A stretch of DNA of 64,000 nt from Eledone cirrhosa. Lineage: Eukaryota. The stretch is from NCBI GenBank assembly GCA_964016885.1, contig OZ024740.1:218612001-218676000 (forward strand). Reading direction: 5' to 3'. This document shows positions 42,962 to 55,765 of the stretch, piece by piece (within the stretch, counting starts at the first letter, position 1; every line of letters begins with the position of its first letter). Under the pieces are notes generated by a model. That model worked only from the letters and a program-made list of their open reading frames with translations, searched no databases and was not told the DNA's origin. A program made the position numbers and the translations under genes.

Positions 42962-44983
42962 TTAGGTAAGGCGGATCTTCTGTATTACTGTGTAGCGCCA
43001 AAGATCTCGGTCCAGTGACATTGTCTTGGAGAGGTATAGGTGTGTGAGGTCGGAATTTATCAAGTCGTCCCAGGTTTTTCTGGGTCTGCCTACTCCGTGG
43101 CTACCGTCTATTTTTATTGCCCTGCACTTTTTTATACAGCTGTCATCTTTCATGCGCATCACATGACCATACCAATGTAGTCTTCTCTCGAGTAAACAAC
43201 ATCTGATCCCTCTTATTTCTAATTTTTCCCTTAGTTCGTTTATGCTTTGCCGTTCACGTATATTACTATTACACATCCACCGGAGCATGCAAGCTTCGTT
43301 CCTCTCCAGTTTGCGTATATCCTCTGCACACAATGCCCAGGTCTCACTGACATGTAACATTGCTGTTCGTATGCAGGCATCATACAGCCTGCCTTTCATT
43401 TTTAGAGAGAACCCTTTAGTGGCTAATAGTGGTATAAGCTCTCTGAACTTTTTCCATCCAGTTCTGACTCTAGCTACTGTACTTTCAGAGCACCCTCCAC
43501 CACTGCTTATTTTGTCACCCAAGTAACGGAAGGTGTCCACTATTTCTATAGAACCATCTGTGCAATGGAATGAGCTAGTATTCTGTGGGCACTTGCTGCT
43601 ACTTATTGCACCAGAGCACCGGCCACATATAAAATCTATGTTCTTAGTTAGCTTACCTGTGATCCCACTACATCTTTTATGCACCCATACTTTGCATTTG
43701 GGACATAAAATGGAGTTTCTACCTACTCCTTTCCTACACACTGGAACCGGTGCCCTATTTTCCTTCCTACAAACTAGAACTTTAGTCTTAGACAGGTTAA
43801 TTTTAAGGCCTTTTGATTCTAGGCCATGCTTCCATGTTTGGAATTTCTTCTCTAGTTCAGCCATTGATTCAGCTATGAGAGTTAGATCATCTACGTATAG
43901 AAGTTCCCATGGGCAGCCGGTCTTGAACTCCTCTGTTATAGCCTGAAGGGCAATAATAAATAGTAGGGGGCTAAGAACGGAGCCCTGATGAACACTAACT
44001 TTTATGCTAAACTCTTCACTATATTCGTTGTTAATTCTAACCTTGCTGGCTGTTTCTTTATACATGGCTTGTATAGCTCTCACAAGCCATTCATCAACAC
44101 CTAGTTTTCTAAGAGCCCACCAGATAATGGAATGGGGGACTCTGTCAAAGGCTTTCTCCAAGTCGACAAAAGCTAAGTATAGGGGTTTACTTTTAGCTAG
44201 GTACTTCTCCTGTAGTTGTCGTAGAATGAAAAGAGCGTCTGTGGTACTTTTACCTTACACAAACCCGAACTGCATTTCATCTAGATCAATTCGCTCTCTG
44301 ATTAGTTGCGCTATTACTTTTTCTGTGACCTTCATGACCTGGTCGATTAATTTAATGCCTCTATAGTTACCCCTATCTAGGGCATCTGCTTTACCCTTGT
44401 AGCAGTTATTGATGATGCTGTTACGCCAGTCCTTCGGAACAACCCCATTCTGTATGACTTGGTTTACTATCCGGGTGACCATGGTGTGTCCCACCATTCC
44501 AGAAGCTTTCAGCATTTCAGCAACTATTTCTGAAGGCACAGCCGCCTTACTCGTCTTCATATCTTTGATTGCCTTACTTATTATACTACCTTCGACTAAC
44601 ACTGCTGGTCCCTCTATTTGATCGATGTGGGGGAGACTGTCTTTCTCCCATTTATTCTCCTCATTTAGTAGCCTTTCGTAGTGACATTTCCAAGCTACCT
44701 TCTTATCAGCGTCAGTGATGGCAAGTACGCTATCATCGTTAAGGACACACTTCTCCCCGACAATATCACGGTTTTCCTTGACACATTGCCTAGCAATCCT
44801 GAACACCTCACGTTTTTGGTCCTCGTGTTGTAGAACATGCTTGAACTTTCTTTCCTCTGCTTCCCTTCTTGCGAAGTACACTTGTCTCCTAGCTTCCCTC
44901 CTGGCCACTTGATAGTCTTCTCTACTTCCCCCATCCTGCCATACTTTCCAAGCCTGCTTTTTGGCCTTAATTGACTCCTCCAC
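42962..44983 (-). pseudogene. RTE reverse transcriptase (two frameshifted ORF pieces)
   Basis: NYRGIKL, QFGF, DLEKAFDRV, HQGSVLSPLLF, LLYVDDL, FRYLG, C-terminal GRPRKTW; frameshift near 44255. Confidence 0.95.
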
Positions 44984-45286
44984 CTTACTGTTCCACCACC
45001 ACGTTACTCTCCTCCTGCCTATAGGTCTGCTCCAGCCACAGACTTCATCTGTCGCCTTCAGCAGGTTTGCTTTCAGGAATTCCCACTGTTCTTCTATATT
45101 GTACGACTCTAATTGCTCTTCCTTACTGTCGAAACATCAAGTAATATGCTTTTAAATTTATTTCTGGCTGTGGGGTCCTTTAGCTTCCATATTTTTCTCC
45201 TGAGGATAGTCCTCTTCTGTTGTCGAGTACGTCTCGTCCTGACTATGAGGTCACTAATTATCAGTCTATGTTGGGAGGTGCATTCT

Positions 45287-45880
45287 TCATGGGGGGAGGG
45301 ATTTAGTGTTTACAACAGACACTCTGTCACGTCTTCTGGTAAGGATATAATCTACCTGGCTGGTATGTTCTCCTGATCTGTAGGTGATCAAGTGATTGTC
45401 TCGTTTTTTGAAGTTAGTGTTACAGATAGTTAGGTTATTTGCATCACAGAATTCCAGGATTCTGGAGCCTTCCTCATTTCTAGTACCAAACCCATAGCCT
45501 CCATGGATTCCGTCATAGCCGTCACAATGTTGTCCAACATGACCATTTAGGTCGCCAACAATAATTATATAGTCACTGTCGATTATTTGGGAGGTAGTGA
45601 GCATCAGTGTCTCATAGAATCTGTCTTTTATAGCGCCAGGCAGTCCGGATTGGGGTGTGTACGCAGATATTACTGTCACAGTAGTTCTATTTAGAACAAG
45701 CCTTATTTTAATTATTCTGTCATTCACTCTATTTACGTCTATTATCTTATCCACCCATTTTTCTGCAAACATGATTCCTACCCCACCCAGCCCATTGTCA
45801 TTTCCCACCCAGAAAAGCTTATCGCATCGTTTTTTACCCACAATGAATCTAGCAGCAAACATCAACCTCCTTACGTTCAA
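45287..45880 (-). pseudogene. RTE apurinic-like endonuclease domain
   Basis: Motifs GVGI, ISAYTPQ, IVGDLNGHVG, TYRSG..SQVDYIL; frame disrupted on both sides. Confidence 0.92.
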
Positions 45881-46344
45881 GCATTTCTACAACCTCGTTA
45901 GAGCGGCCTTTTAAGGTGCCTACATGCATGGTATTTGGATTGCGTTTGGTGGGTGGGGCGCTAGGAGGGGTGAGGGGGATGGGGTTGGGGATATGTTGGC
46001 CATCCGCGGCCGAAACAAAGAGGAGGAGTCCTTGCCCTTTCGTCCGGCAGCATGAGGTGAATTTGTCGTTATCTTTGGCATTGTCTCCGAGTGTCCAGAT
46101 TCTTCAGACTCTCCAGAAATTCCTTAGTCCATCCATCATATCGAAAAGCAACCAGGAGAAGTGATAGCATAGGCCGTTGACTTATGATTGGTCCAAATAA
46201 TAATGGTGGAGAGTGCGGGAGGGGTATGGGGTAGTTAGCGAGGAGAAGGTTTTAAATAAAGCAATAAACAGTAACAAGCGATTAAAATACACAAGATTAT
46301 TTAGAACAGCCAGACACCTACAGTAACTCCCCGTTACACTCCCT

Positions 46345-46392
<48 letters not shown>

Positions 46393-46748
46393 ATATATAT
46401 AATGTAGGAGGTGAATTTTATTGTAGCAACAATAAAGCAATGCAAATATCGGATAAGTAGCACTCAACAGTTTATTGAACTGGAGTATATATAAGAAATT
46501 AAAAGATGGTTAAAAAAGTTCCATGTATTTTATTATGCGCATTTCAAAAACAAATATCATCCTGCGACGATATTTGCGTTCTCATCAGATAAAATAGGGA
46601 AACATGATATGAAGCTTAAAAAAAACACTTGTGAGCAAGGTAGTGTCTAATCAACATATGTTGATTAGACACTACCAGGATGATATTTGTTTTTGAAATG
46701 CGCATAATAAAATACATGGAACTTTTTTAACCATCTTTTAATTTCTTC

Positions 46749-46790
<42 letters not shown>

Positions 46791-46932
46791 TGTATATATA
46801 TATATATATATATGTGTATGTATGCATGTATGTATGTATAAACCATGCCAAAAATAGAATGTATATGTGAGATGTGATCCCATATCCTGCCAACCTACCC
46901 AACCCGTGAAAGTAGATGTGAAATGATTATAA

Positions 46933-46969
<37 letters not shown>

Positions 46970-46983
46970 TATATATATATATA

Positions 46984-48013
46984 TAGTCCTTCATCAGTGA
47001 TCTTCCAGTCTTCATTGGTATTTCATTGCTTTAAAGATCATATACCTCTGGTTGGTGCGAGCAACAGTTAAAGAAAGTCCTTGGGACACGTAAATAGGGT
47101 GAAACGAGCGAGACATGTAAACAAACAAAGATGGTAATGCAATGGAAAGTGAGGGAGAAGGAGTCAAGTCCCTGATGAACATAAGTTCTGTGAAATCGTA
47201 GACGAGGGATAAAGACCATCCAACCTGGGTGAAATGTGAGCGAGAAAAGGATTTCACACAGGTCAAACGGGAGGAAGTGAGTGAGAGGGAGTAGCAGAGA
47301 GTGAGTGAGTGAAAGTGTGAGGAAGAGGCTAACTGAGAGAGTGAGTGGCAGAGGGGGTAAAAAGAAAGTGAGAGATACAGAGAAAGGGGAAGCAGTAAGA
47401 AAGAAACAGACGGGTCACAGCGGAGGAAAAAATATAAATATATGAAAAAATGGCGTGCTGCGTGGTTGCAAATGGGTTACATATGAATAAAATTAGTCCT
47501 TCATCAGTGATCTTCCAGCCTTCATTGGTATTTCATCGCTTTAAAGACCATATACCTCCGGTTGGTGCGAGCAACGGCTAAAGAAAGTCATTGGGACACG
47601 TAAAATAGGGTGAAATGAGCGAGACATGTAAACAAACAAAGATGATAATGCAACGAAAAGTGAGGAAGAAGGAGTCAAGTCCCTGAAATCGATGAACTTA
47701 AGTTCTGTGAAATCGTAGACGAGACATAAAGACCATCCAACCTGGGTGAAATGTGACCAAGAAATGGATTTCACACAGGTCAAACGGGAGGAAGTGAGTG
47801 AGAGGGAGTAGCAGAGAGTGAGTGAGTGAAAGTATTTGTTGCATTACCATCTTTGTTTGTTTACATGTCTCGCTTGTTTCACCCTATTTTACGTGTCCCA
47901 GAGATCTTTAAAGCGATGAAATACCAATGAAGGCTGGAAGATCACTGATGAAGGACTAATTTTATTCATATGTAATCCATTTGCAACCACGCAGCACGCC
48001 ATTTTTTCATATA
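46984..48013. repeat. 510-bp partial tandem repeat plus inverted partial copy, bounded by (TA)n
   Basis: Units at 46984 and 47494; inverted segment at 47836-48013. Confidence 0.9.
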
Positions 48014-48082
48014 TATATATACATACATACATACATACATATACATATATATGGCTTTCAATTTGTATTTAAATCTACAGAT

Positions 48083-48397
48083 GAAGGCGCATGGCTTAGT
48101 GGTTAGAGCATTGGGCTTGCAAGGTTGTGAGTTCAATTATCAGACCAGGTGATGTGTTGTTTCCTTGAGCAAGACACTTTATTTCACATTGCTCCAGTTT
48201 ACTCAGCTGTAGAAATCAGATGATAGGACTGGGGTCCCTATCATTCCACTGCAAAGTGGTCGTGGAGGTGCCACAGCAAAAAAGCACCCAGCACTCACTG
48301 TAAATGAGGTTGGTGTTAGGAAGGGCATCCAGCTGTAGAAATCAAGCCAGAATCAGTTCCCGTCCCACCCTTGCAGGCAGGGAAGGGCGGACGTAAA

Positions 48398-48440
<43 letters not shown>
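48083..48440 (+). mobile_element. tRNA-derived SINE family B with RTE-type 3' tail
   Basis: TGGCTTAGTGG A box, GAGTTCAATT B box, 3' module and (GAT)n shared with RTE; ~30-bp flanking direct repeat atatggcttt.aatt.gtatttaaatctaca. Confidence 0.88.
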
Positions 48441-48441
<1 letters not shown>

Positions 48442-48850
48442 ATATATATATATATATATATATATGGCTTTAAATTCGTATTTAAATCTACATATCTTTT
48501 GCTATATGTGTCTATATGTAATATTTACTAGTTTGTTTCTCAATTGATCTGTCTTCATATACCGTTTACAAATATATATGATGCTCTGAACAGATGTTTA
48601 TTGAGCTTTTTACTATTGATATATATTTTATAAGTATTGCTTTATATATAAAATTCACTTTATATATGTAAAACAACAATGTGGGTGTGGGAAGATACCA
48701 GGTGGACCATAATGTACCTAAATACTCTCAATACTTAGGGTAGTAGAGCGGGTAATAGCTCTCGAAACGACCGGCTGAGCTTCGGTCGTTTCGACAGCTA
48801 GATCCGAACCACAGTTAGGATCAAGCCATCGGGGTCCTGACTCTTTTCCT

Positions 48851-48884
<34 letters not shown>

Positions 48885-49414
48885 GTGTAGGAAAAGAGTC
48901 AGGACCCCGATGGCAAAATCTTTACTCTATATTCCACCTTGAAACTTTATTGTGACTATATATAATACACTTACACTTTTTCATAAAAGCCTCCTTCTGT
49001 AAATTCTTTAACTAAATCTCCCAACTTTAAACTTAAATCTTACTTTTCTAATTTCATCTTAAATGGCATCTTTTAACTCTAAACATAAATTTAACGTTTC
49101 TAATTGCTAATCGTAATTTCTGACCATACAATATACTGTGCTGACGCCATATATATAGCTTTCGCGGCACTTTCTAACACTCATGACCAGCTTGAATGTA
49201 ACCTGATCTCACCACTGGCCTCTGTCTATGACAGGGTGTAGTAGTACACTATAAGCCTATGCCCCTCCACCACAAGGACATAAGTAGACTTAATAATAAT
49301 CATCACTTCAGGGCGGTTGCCCGGGCTGGTAGCTTTTAAATGGTCGGCCGCCCTCATGTCTCTGATTTTCAGCCCCATGGATTTTGTCTATTCTATTCCT
49401 TTGTTATATTTCGA

Positions 49415-49472
49415 ATGCCTGATGATGTCACCGGATTCATACTGAATCCGGTCATTGAAATGATCATAGTAT
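49415..49472 (+). ncRNA. Type I hammerhead ribozyme motif
   Basis: atgc-CTGATGA-tgtc accggattca tac tgaatccggt catt-GAAA-tgatca-TA-gtat, followed by AATAAA. Confidence 0.8.
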
Positions 49473-49743
49473 AATAAATCTTTTAAGGAATTACACCAGT
49501 CCAGCCTCCTGTTATTTTATAATATATATATATATATTTCATATATTTCATATATATATTTCATATATTAAGTGCCGTACTAAGAGTGAGAAATGAAATT
49601 TCGTTTCATTCTATTACAACTTATCGTTTTCGGTGCGCCTGGCCGACTGAACTCACTCGATATGCAAATTAGGCTGCTCAGCCGTTAATTTTCATAAGGA
49701 AAGTATATACTTTCGAACGTTCAACCATCTGGCAGAAGGGTAT

Positions 49744-49786
49744 ACGGTGCTGATGATAGCTAAGAAGCTTGAAACTAGTACATCGT
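49744..49786 (+). ncRNA. Minimal type I hammerhead ribozyme motif
   Basis: acggtg-CTGATGA-tagc taagaa gctt-GAAA-ctag-TA-catcgt; palindromic ACTAGT. Confidence 0.85.
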
Positions 49787-49962
49787 TCCTGTGTCAGTGT
49801 TGAACAAAAAGGTGACATGGTTGCCTTAACACCGTACGGCATAAATCAGGCTGTCCGTTTGTTTACAAACGGACAAAGCAGGCGTTATAATAAACGTCCG
49901 CTAAACTGATACGTACATATATATATGTGTCCCTGTATGTATATATATATATATATATATAT

Positions 49963-50210
49963 AGGTGTCACGACAAAAAAACACACAGTCCACGCTGTAA
50001 TGTGGCCGTGTAGGCAACACGGTAAAAACCTCCCAGACCCACACTGTAAATGTGGTTGGTGTTAGGAAGGGCATCCAACTGTAGAAAACCTGCCAGACAG
50101 TCCTACGCGAGCAAGACAATCACTCTTGCCTCAAGTGGGAAAACCCCCGTCCAAACCCATGCAAGCGTGGAACACGGACGTTAAACGTTGATGATGATGA
50201 TGATGATGAT
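49963..50210 (+). mobile_element. RTE 3' UTR fragment in (TA)n
   Basis: Matches the 3' UTR at 41860-42220; GAT tail. Confidence 0.88.
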
Positions 50211-50277
50211 ATATATATGCATGCTACTGTACGTCTGTATACATATATGTATGTACGTATACATACATACTTACATT

Positions 50278-50316
<39 letters not shown>

Positions 50317-50723
50317 CATATATATATGTGAGTGTGTGTATGTTTTTTTTTTTTGTTCTGTTACTCATTTTAGTCATTAGACTTTGGCCATGCTTGGGCA
50401 CCACCTTGATTTAGTTCATCATATGAACCCCAGTACATACTTATTTTAGTAATCCCAATTTGCTGAACGACTAAGTTACAAAACATAAACACACACACCA
50501 CATACACCCCCATGCATACAGTAGGAAACATGTTAAATAATGACGTTGATGATTGATATATTGATAGATATATATATTTATATACACACACACACATACA
50601 TATACTTCCTCCTCCTTCTTCTCACCCATCTATTTTTCTCTCCCACCCTAGTCTACAAACATTTTTTCCAATACCAATCCCCCCCCCGTCCCTTCAATCT
50701 TTCTAATTTATCATTCTTTCTTT

Positions 50724-50769
<46 letters not shown>

Positions 50770-51607
50770 CTAATTTCAAAAACACTGCTGTCATAGAATT
50801 ACAATTCCAAAATTAAAAAAATTTTTAATTTTAAAATTTTATAGTTTTATAACTTAACCTAAAGGTGTTGGTTCAACTTTTAACCTGTGTGAAATATTGA
50901 TAATGCATAAATAAAATCTAATGATTCCGACCTTGAATCAATACCTGAAGGTTAAGTTATAAAACTATAAAATTAAAAAATTTTAAATTTTGAGTTTAGG
51001 TCAGCAGAAACATATGTTAATTTGACAATGCCTTGAATCTTCAGTATTTTTAAAATTAGTATATAACAGCTCTCTGTGAACCCCATTGCATTAAGTTTTA
51101 ACCATCTGGTAAAGCAGTTCTAATACTTCATTTATTAATAATATTATTATTATTACTACTATTATATATATATATATATAAAGAGAGAGAGAGAGAGAGA
51201 GATTTGTGTATTGTAATAGTCAACCAAAGATTGAACAACTATAGAGTTACTTAATAACAATCTTTCAAAACAATAGTTAAGGTTACCAGCTGGTTTCATG
51301 CCAGATTCAGCTTTATTTTGATAGATATATTAAAAATATTAATATTTTGAAATATATTTAATGTCTGACTGACATTCTGTCACACCTTTAAGTGTATTCT
51401 ATTTTAAAAGTTGACCTAATACCAATCAGACATGAAATATATTACTTCCGTTAAAAAATCTGAATCCAACATAAAACTAGCTAGTAACCTTGACTAAAAT
51501 TATGTAACATCATTATTAACCTTCAGCATCCTTACGGGGTCGATAAAATAAAGTACCAGTAATGCACTGGGTAATTGCTGGCCTTGTGCCTAAAGTAGAA
51601 ACAATTA

Positions 51608-51729
51608 TTAACCTTCAGCATGCTAAAGGTTATTTTTTTAATGAATTACTTCCCTTGACATTACATTATGTATTAAAGGGAGATCACTCTATTGGTGACA
51701 TAAGGCGCCCAGAGTGCGCTGAAGGTTAA
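51608..51729. mobile_element. Small TTAA-flanked MITE candidate
   Basis: TTAACCTTCAGC ... GCTGAAGGTTAA. Confidence 0.5.
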
Positions 51730-52095
51730 GTAACTTTATATATCTGTGTGTATTTGTCTATATAATGTCATATACATCATGATGGTGATGATCCATGCTG
51801 TAAATGTGGTTGGCATTAGGAAGGGCATCCAGCCATAGAAACCAAGCCAGAAAGAGTTCTGTATGAGCAAGATGTGGTAACCTAATTTGACTTGACTCAC
51901 AACAGGACAACTCATCTAACCCACGCTAGTCTGGGAAATAGACATTAAACAGTGTTGTTGGTGATGATGATGATAATGATGATGATATATAGTTTATCAA
52001 AATAGGTGCATGTTGCCATGGTTATGTATGAATCAGAAAATGCTCATATATTGTTATACGTGTTATATGTGCGTTTTCTGTTGATATATATGTTG

Positions 52096-52138
<43 letters not shown>

Positions 52139-52342
52139 TTCTCCGTTGAGAACAAATCTGTTGCTCTACTTGGCTGCTATTTTTTTAGTAGTAATTGTAG
52201 ACAGCAAGTCTTTGATTTTCCCGCTTTTACTTCGGTCCAGTTTACATACGGGTCAATTTTACGACCTTTCAGACCTTTATTAGCTGGCAGGAGGTTGTAT
52301 ATTTTGTCGTTCCTGGGACGTTTAGCCCTAGGAAGGGAAAAT

Positions 52343-52424
52343 GCTTCTCTGATGAGCTTTGGTTTTCCATCATAAATCCATCGGATTTATGAGGTTTTAC
52401 AAAGCGAAACTGATCAGTAAGGGC
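52343..52424 (+). ncRNA. Type I hammerhead motif with extended stem II
   Basis: gcttct-CTGATGA-gctttg..tcataaatcc atc ggatttatga..caaagc-GAAA-ctgatcag-TA-agggc. Confidence 0.82.
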
Positions 52425-52553
52425 CACTAGAAGAGGTAAATATTTATATTATATTTTTTAATGTATTTTGAAAAATTGATTGAATTTTACTTGTTCTGCT
52501 TATCTTAATATATATATATATATATTGATATATTGATATATTGTGATGAAATT

Positions 52554-53470
52554 AAAAAGTTCAGAGAGCTTATACCGCTGTTGGCCACAAAAGGTTTCTC
52601 TCTAAAAATGAAAGGCAGATTGTATGATGCCTGCATACGAACAGCAATGCTACATGGCAGTGAGACATGGGCATTGTGTGCAGAGGATCTGCGTAGACTG
52701 AAGAGGAACGAACCATGCATGCTCCGCTGGATGTGTAATAGTAATATACGTGAACGGCAAAGCATAAATGAACTAAGTGAGAAATTAGGTATAAGAGGGA
52801 TCAGATGCTGTTTACTCAAGAGAAGACTACGTTGGTATGGTCACATGATGCGCATGAAAGACGACAGCTGCATAAAAAAATGCAGGGCGATCAAAATTGA
52901 TGGTAGTTACGGAGTAGGTAGACCCAGAAAAACCTGGGATGATCTGATAAATTCCGACCTTACACGCTTTCGCCTCTCTAAGACAATGTCACTGGACCGA
53001 GATCTTTGGCGCTACGCAGTAATACAGAAGACCCATCTTATCTATGTACAAAGCGAAACCTACAGTCAGTAGGCACCTCTTAACCAAATATACACCCCAA
53101 TCCACTACCCCTACCCTATCCTCCCACTCCCACCAACACCACCCTCTCTCTGTAAAGTTGGTACCACAACATCCAGTCCAAATAAATGAGCTAATGAGAT
53201 CGAGATCGTGTAGTTATCACGACAAAAAAAAACACACAGTCCACGCTGTAATGTGGCCGTGTAGGTAACACGGTAACAAGTTCCCAGTTCCACACTGTAA
53301 ATGTGGTTAGTGTTAGGAAGGGCATCCAGCCATAGAAAGCCTGCCAGATAGTCATATATGAGCGAGACACGGTCACCCGACCAACCTTGCCTCAAGTGGG
53401 ACAACTCCCGTCTAACCCATGCTAGCGTGGAAGATGGACGTTAAACGATGATGATGATGATGATGATGAT
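52554..53470 (+). mobile_element. RTE 3' fragment
   Basis: 179-aa ORF with RT C-terminus, 3' UTR and GAT tail; sister of 35263-36208. Confidence 0.92.
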
Positions 53471-54130
53471 GTGTGAAGGCTGAGTGGTTACAGATTTGGA
53501 TTCCCAATCGTGAGGTTGTGAGTTTGATTCCCGGACCGGGTGATGTGTTATGTCTTTGAGCAAGATACTTTATTTCACACTGTTCCTTCTACCTGGAGTT
53601 GCGACCGATAGATAGTATTAACAATTGGAAAGGCTGATGGAAACACTGTTTCCTTGGTCCGATTTGACGAAAGTCGATTGACTGTCGATATATATATATA
53701 TATAATGACAGCGATGAATTTGTTTTGCGAGGTTTTTGATATGAAATCATGTGTCGAAACAAATATTGTTATACTTGGGGAGGGTCATATTGTTGTAATA
53801 ATATTGCCAGAAATAATAACAGAACACACTCACTGTTTGGTTGGTTTTCGCTTCTGTATTTTTTATATCTCCACAGTTAATTCAACAGGGGGAACATAAT
53901 AGTACCACTGATGATGTTACAGATGTGCAACGCAACAAAAGAACTTTGTTAGACTATATATATGTGTTTATTATATTATTATTATATTATTATATTATAT
54001 CTGTATTTTTGACCGTTGGTCAGTCAATGGTAAACATTGAGGACCAAATGAATTAACTGTGGAGATATAAAAGATACAGAAGCGAAAACCAACCAAACAG
54101 TGAATGTGTTCTGTTATTATTTCTGGCAAT

Positions 54131-54304
54131 GAATTAGCAGTATCGGTAGAGGGTCGGACGCCATGCTTTCCAGCATAGTTACATCCCTTTACAGTCTGAG
54201 TTCAAAGGTTAACTTTGCCTTTCATCCTTACGGGGTCGATAAAATAAAGTACCAGTAATGCACTGGGTAATTGCTGGCCTTGTGCCTAAAGTAGAAACAA
54301 TTAT
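54131..54304 (+). mobile_element. SINE family A copy interrupting an inverted-repeat arm
   Basis: Family match with an internal deletion. Confidence 0.85.
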
Positions 54305-54331
54305 TACAACAATATGACCCTGCCCAAGTAT

Positions 54332-54383
<52 letters not shown>

Positions 54384-54639
54384 CTAAACCATGCCAGCAT
54401 GGAAAGTGGATGTATGATGATGATGTATGTGTATAGCATCATTCTATGTCCACTGTTCCATGTGTGTGTGTTTGTGTGTGGGTTTGTGTATATTTATATC
54501 GATATATATAAATATTTGTAATGCTGCTAAGCTAGTTCAGAAGCAAATCATAAGCGATGGAGTCAGAAAATATGCAGATTAATAAATCTATTGTCATGTA
54601 CTTATGTGTGTAGTATATCTACTTACAACCACTTATATT

Positions 54640-54958
54640 TACACACACCACACATATATATATATACACACACACAGACATATATGTATGTGTACCTGCA
54701 TACGCACAGTTATACATACATACATACATATATACATATAAACACGTTCACACATACACATATATACACATATAATAATAAACAGCAGGCAGATAGTCAG
54801 CAAGTATATATACATAAGTGTGTGTGTACGTACATATACATATATATACATATATATGTATGTATGTATACATATATATATACACATATAATAAACAGCA
54901 GGCAGATAGTCAACAAGTATATATACATATATATGTGTGTGTGTACATATACACATAC

Positions 54959-55046
<88 letters not shown>

Positions 55047-55076
55047 GTATATATATATGTGTGTATATATATATAT

Positions 55077-55136
<60 letters not shown>

Positions 55137-55152
55137 GTGTATATATATATAT

Positions 55153-55191
<39 letters not shown>

Positions 55192-55201
55192 CGTATATAT
55201 A

Positions 55202-55246
<45 letters not shown>

Positions 55247-55305
55247 TCATATATGTATATACACACACACAGACATATATATATATATATATATATATAT
55301 GTATA
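54640..55305. repeat. Compound TA/CA microsatellite
   Basis: Direct observation; internal duplicated ataaacagcaggcagatagtca. Confidence 0.95.
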
Positions 55306-55731
55306 AGCAGATTGCATTGTTTTAGATGTAAATCTCATGTTTATAAATAGAATTGAGTCTGATTATTTTCTTCTTCCTACTCCATAAATCATATATACAA
55401 TTCACATCCTTCAAAATTCAAATTCAATTGTAGTTAGGTAAATTTATCCCATTTTATTCAAATCTATGTTTCAAGGAGAAGGAAATATATGAACGGTCTT
55501 TATTTTATTTTATTGCTACTAAATGTTATTTAACCCTTTCATTTATAAATATCTTACACTGAGTGAATGTTGTGTTAAGTCTTTCATTACCATATTTCTA
55601 ATGAAAAACACTTCCCAATGATTTTGAAAATAATCAAGTACTTAGAGGAATTTAGTAATATAACTAACTTTATCTGCTTCCTCATCTTCCTCCTCCTCCT
55701 CCTCCTCCTCCTCCTCCTCCTCCTCCTCATG

Positions 55732-55765
<34 letters not shown>

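Larger units (their letters stand above)
42616..46346 (-). mobile_element. Near-full-length RTE-clade non-LTR retrotransposon (APE + RT, frameshifted)
   Basis: APE and RT ORF pieces in order on the minus strand; 3' UTR ends in a (GAT)n tail at ~42616-42640; putative 5' end abuts (TA)n at ~46346. Confidence 0.95.

Noticed and set aside
43242-44621. Plus-strand ORFs over the RTE (and minus-strand ORFs over 62448-63578)
   Set aside because: Antisense shadows of the RT coding frame
48083-48150. tRNA-like sequences at SINE heads
   Set aside because: Pol III A/B boxes continue into SINE bodies with no complete cloverleaf; not tRNA genes
53900-53945. CTGATGA/CTGACGA at 53908, 56968, 60337 and minus-strand 60478
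   Set aside because: No supporting GAAA or paired stems
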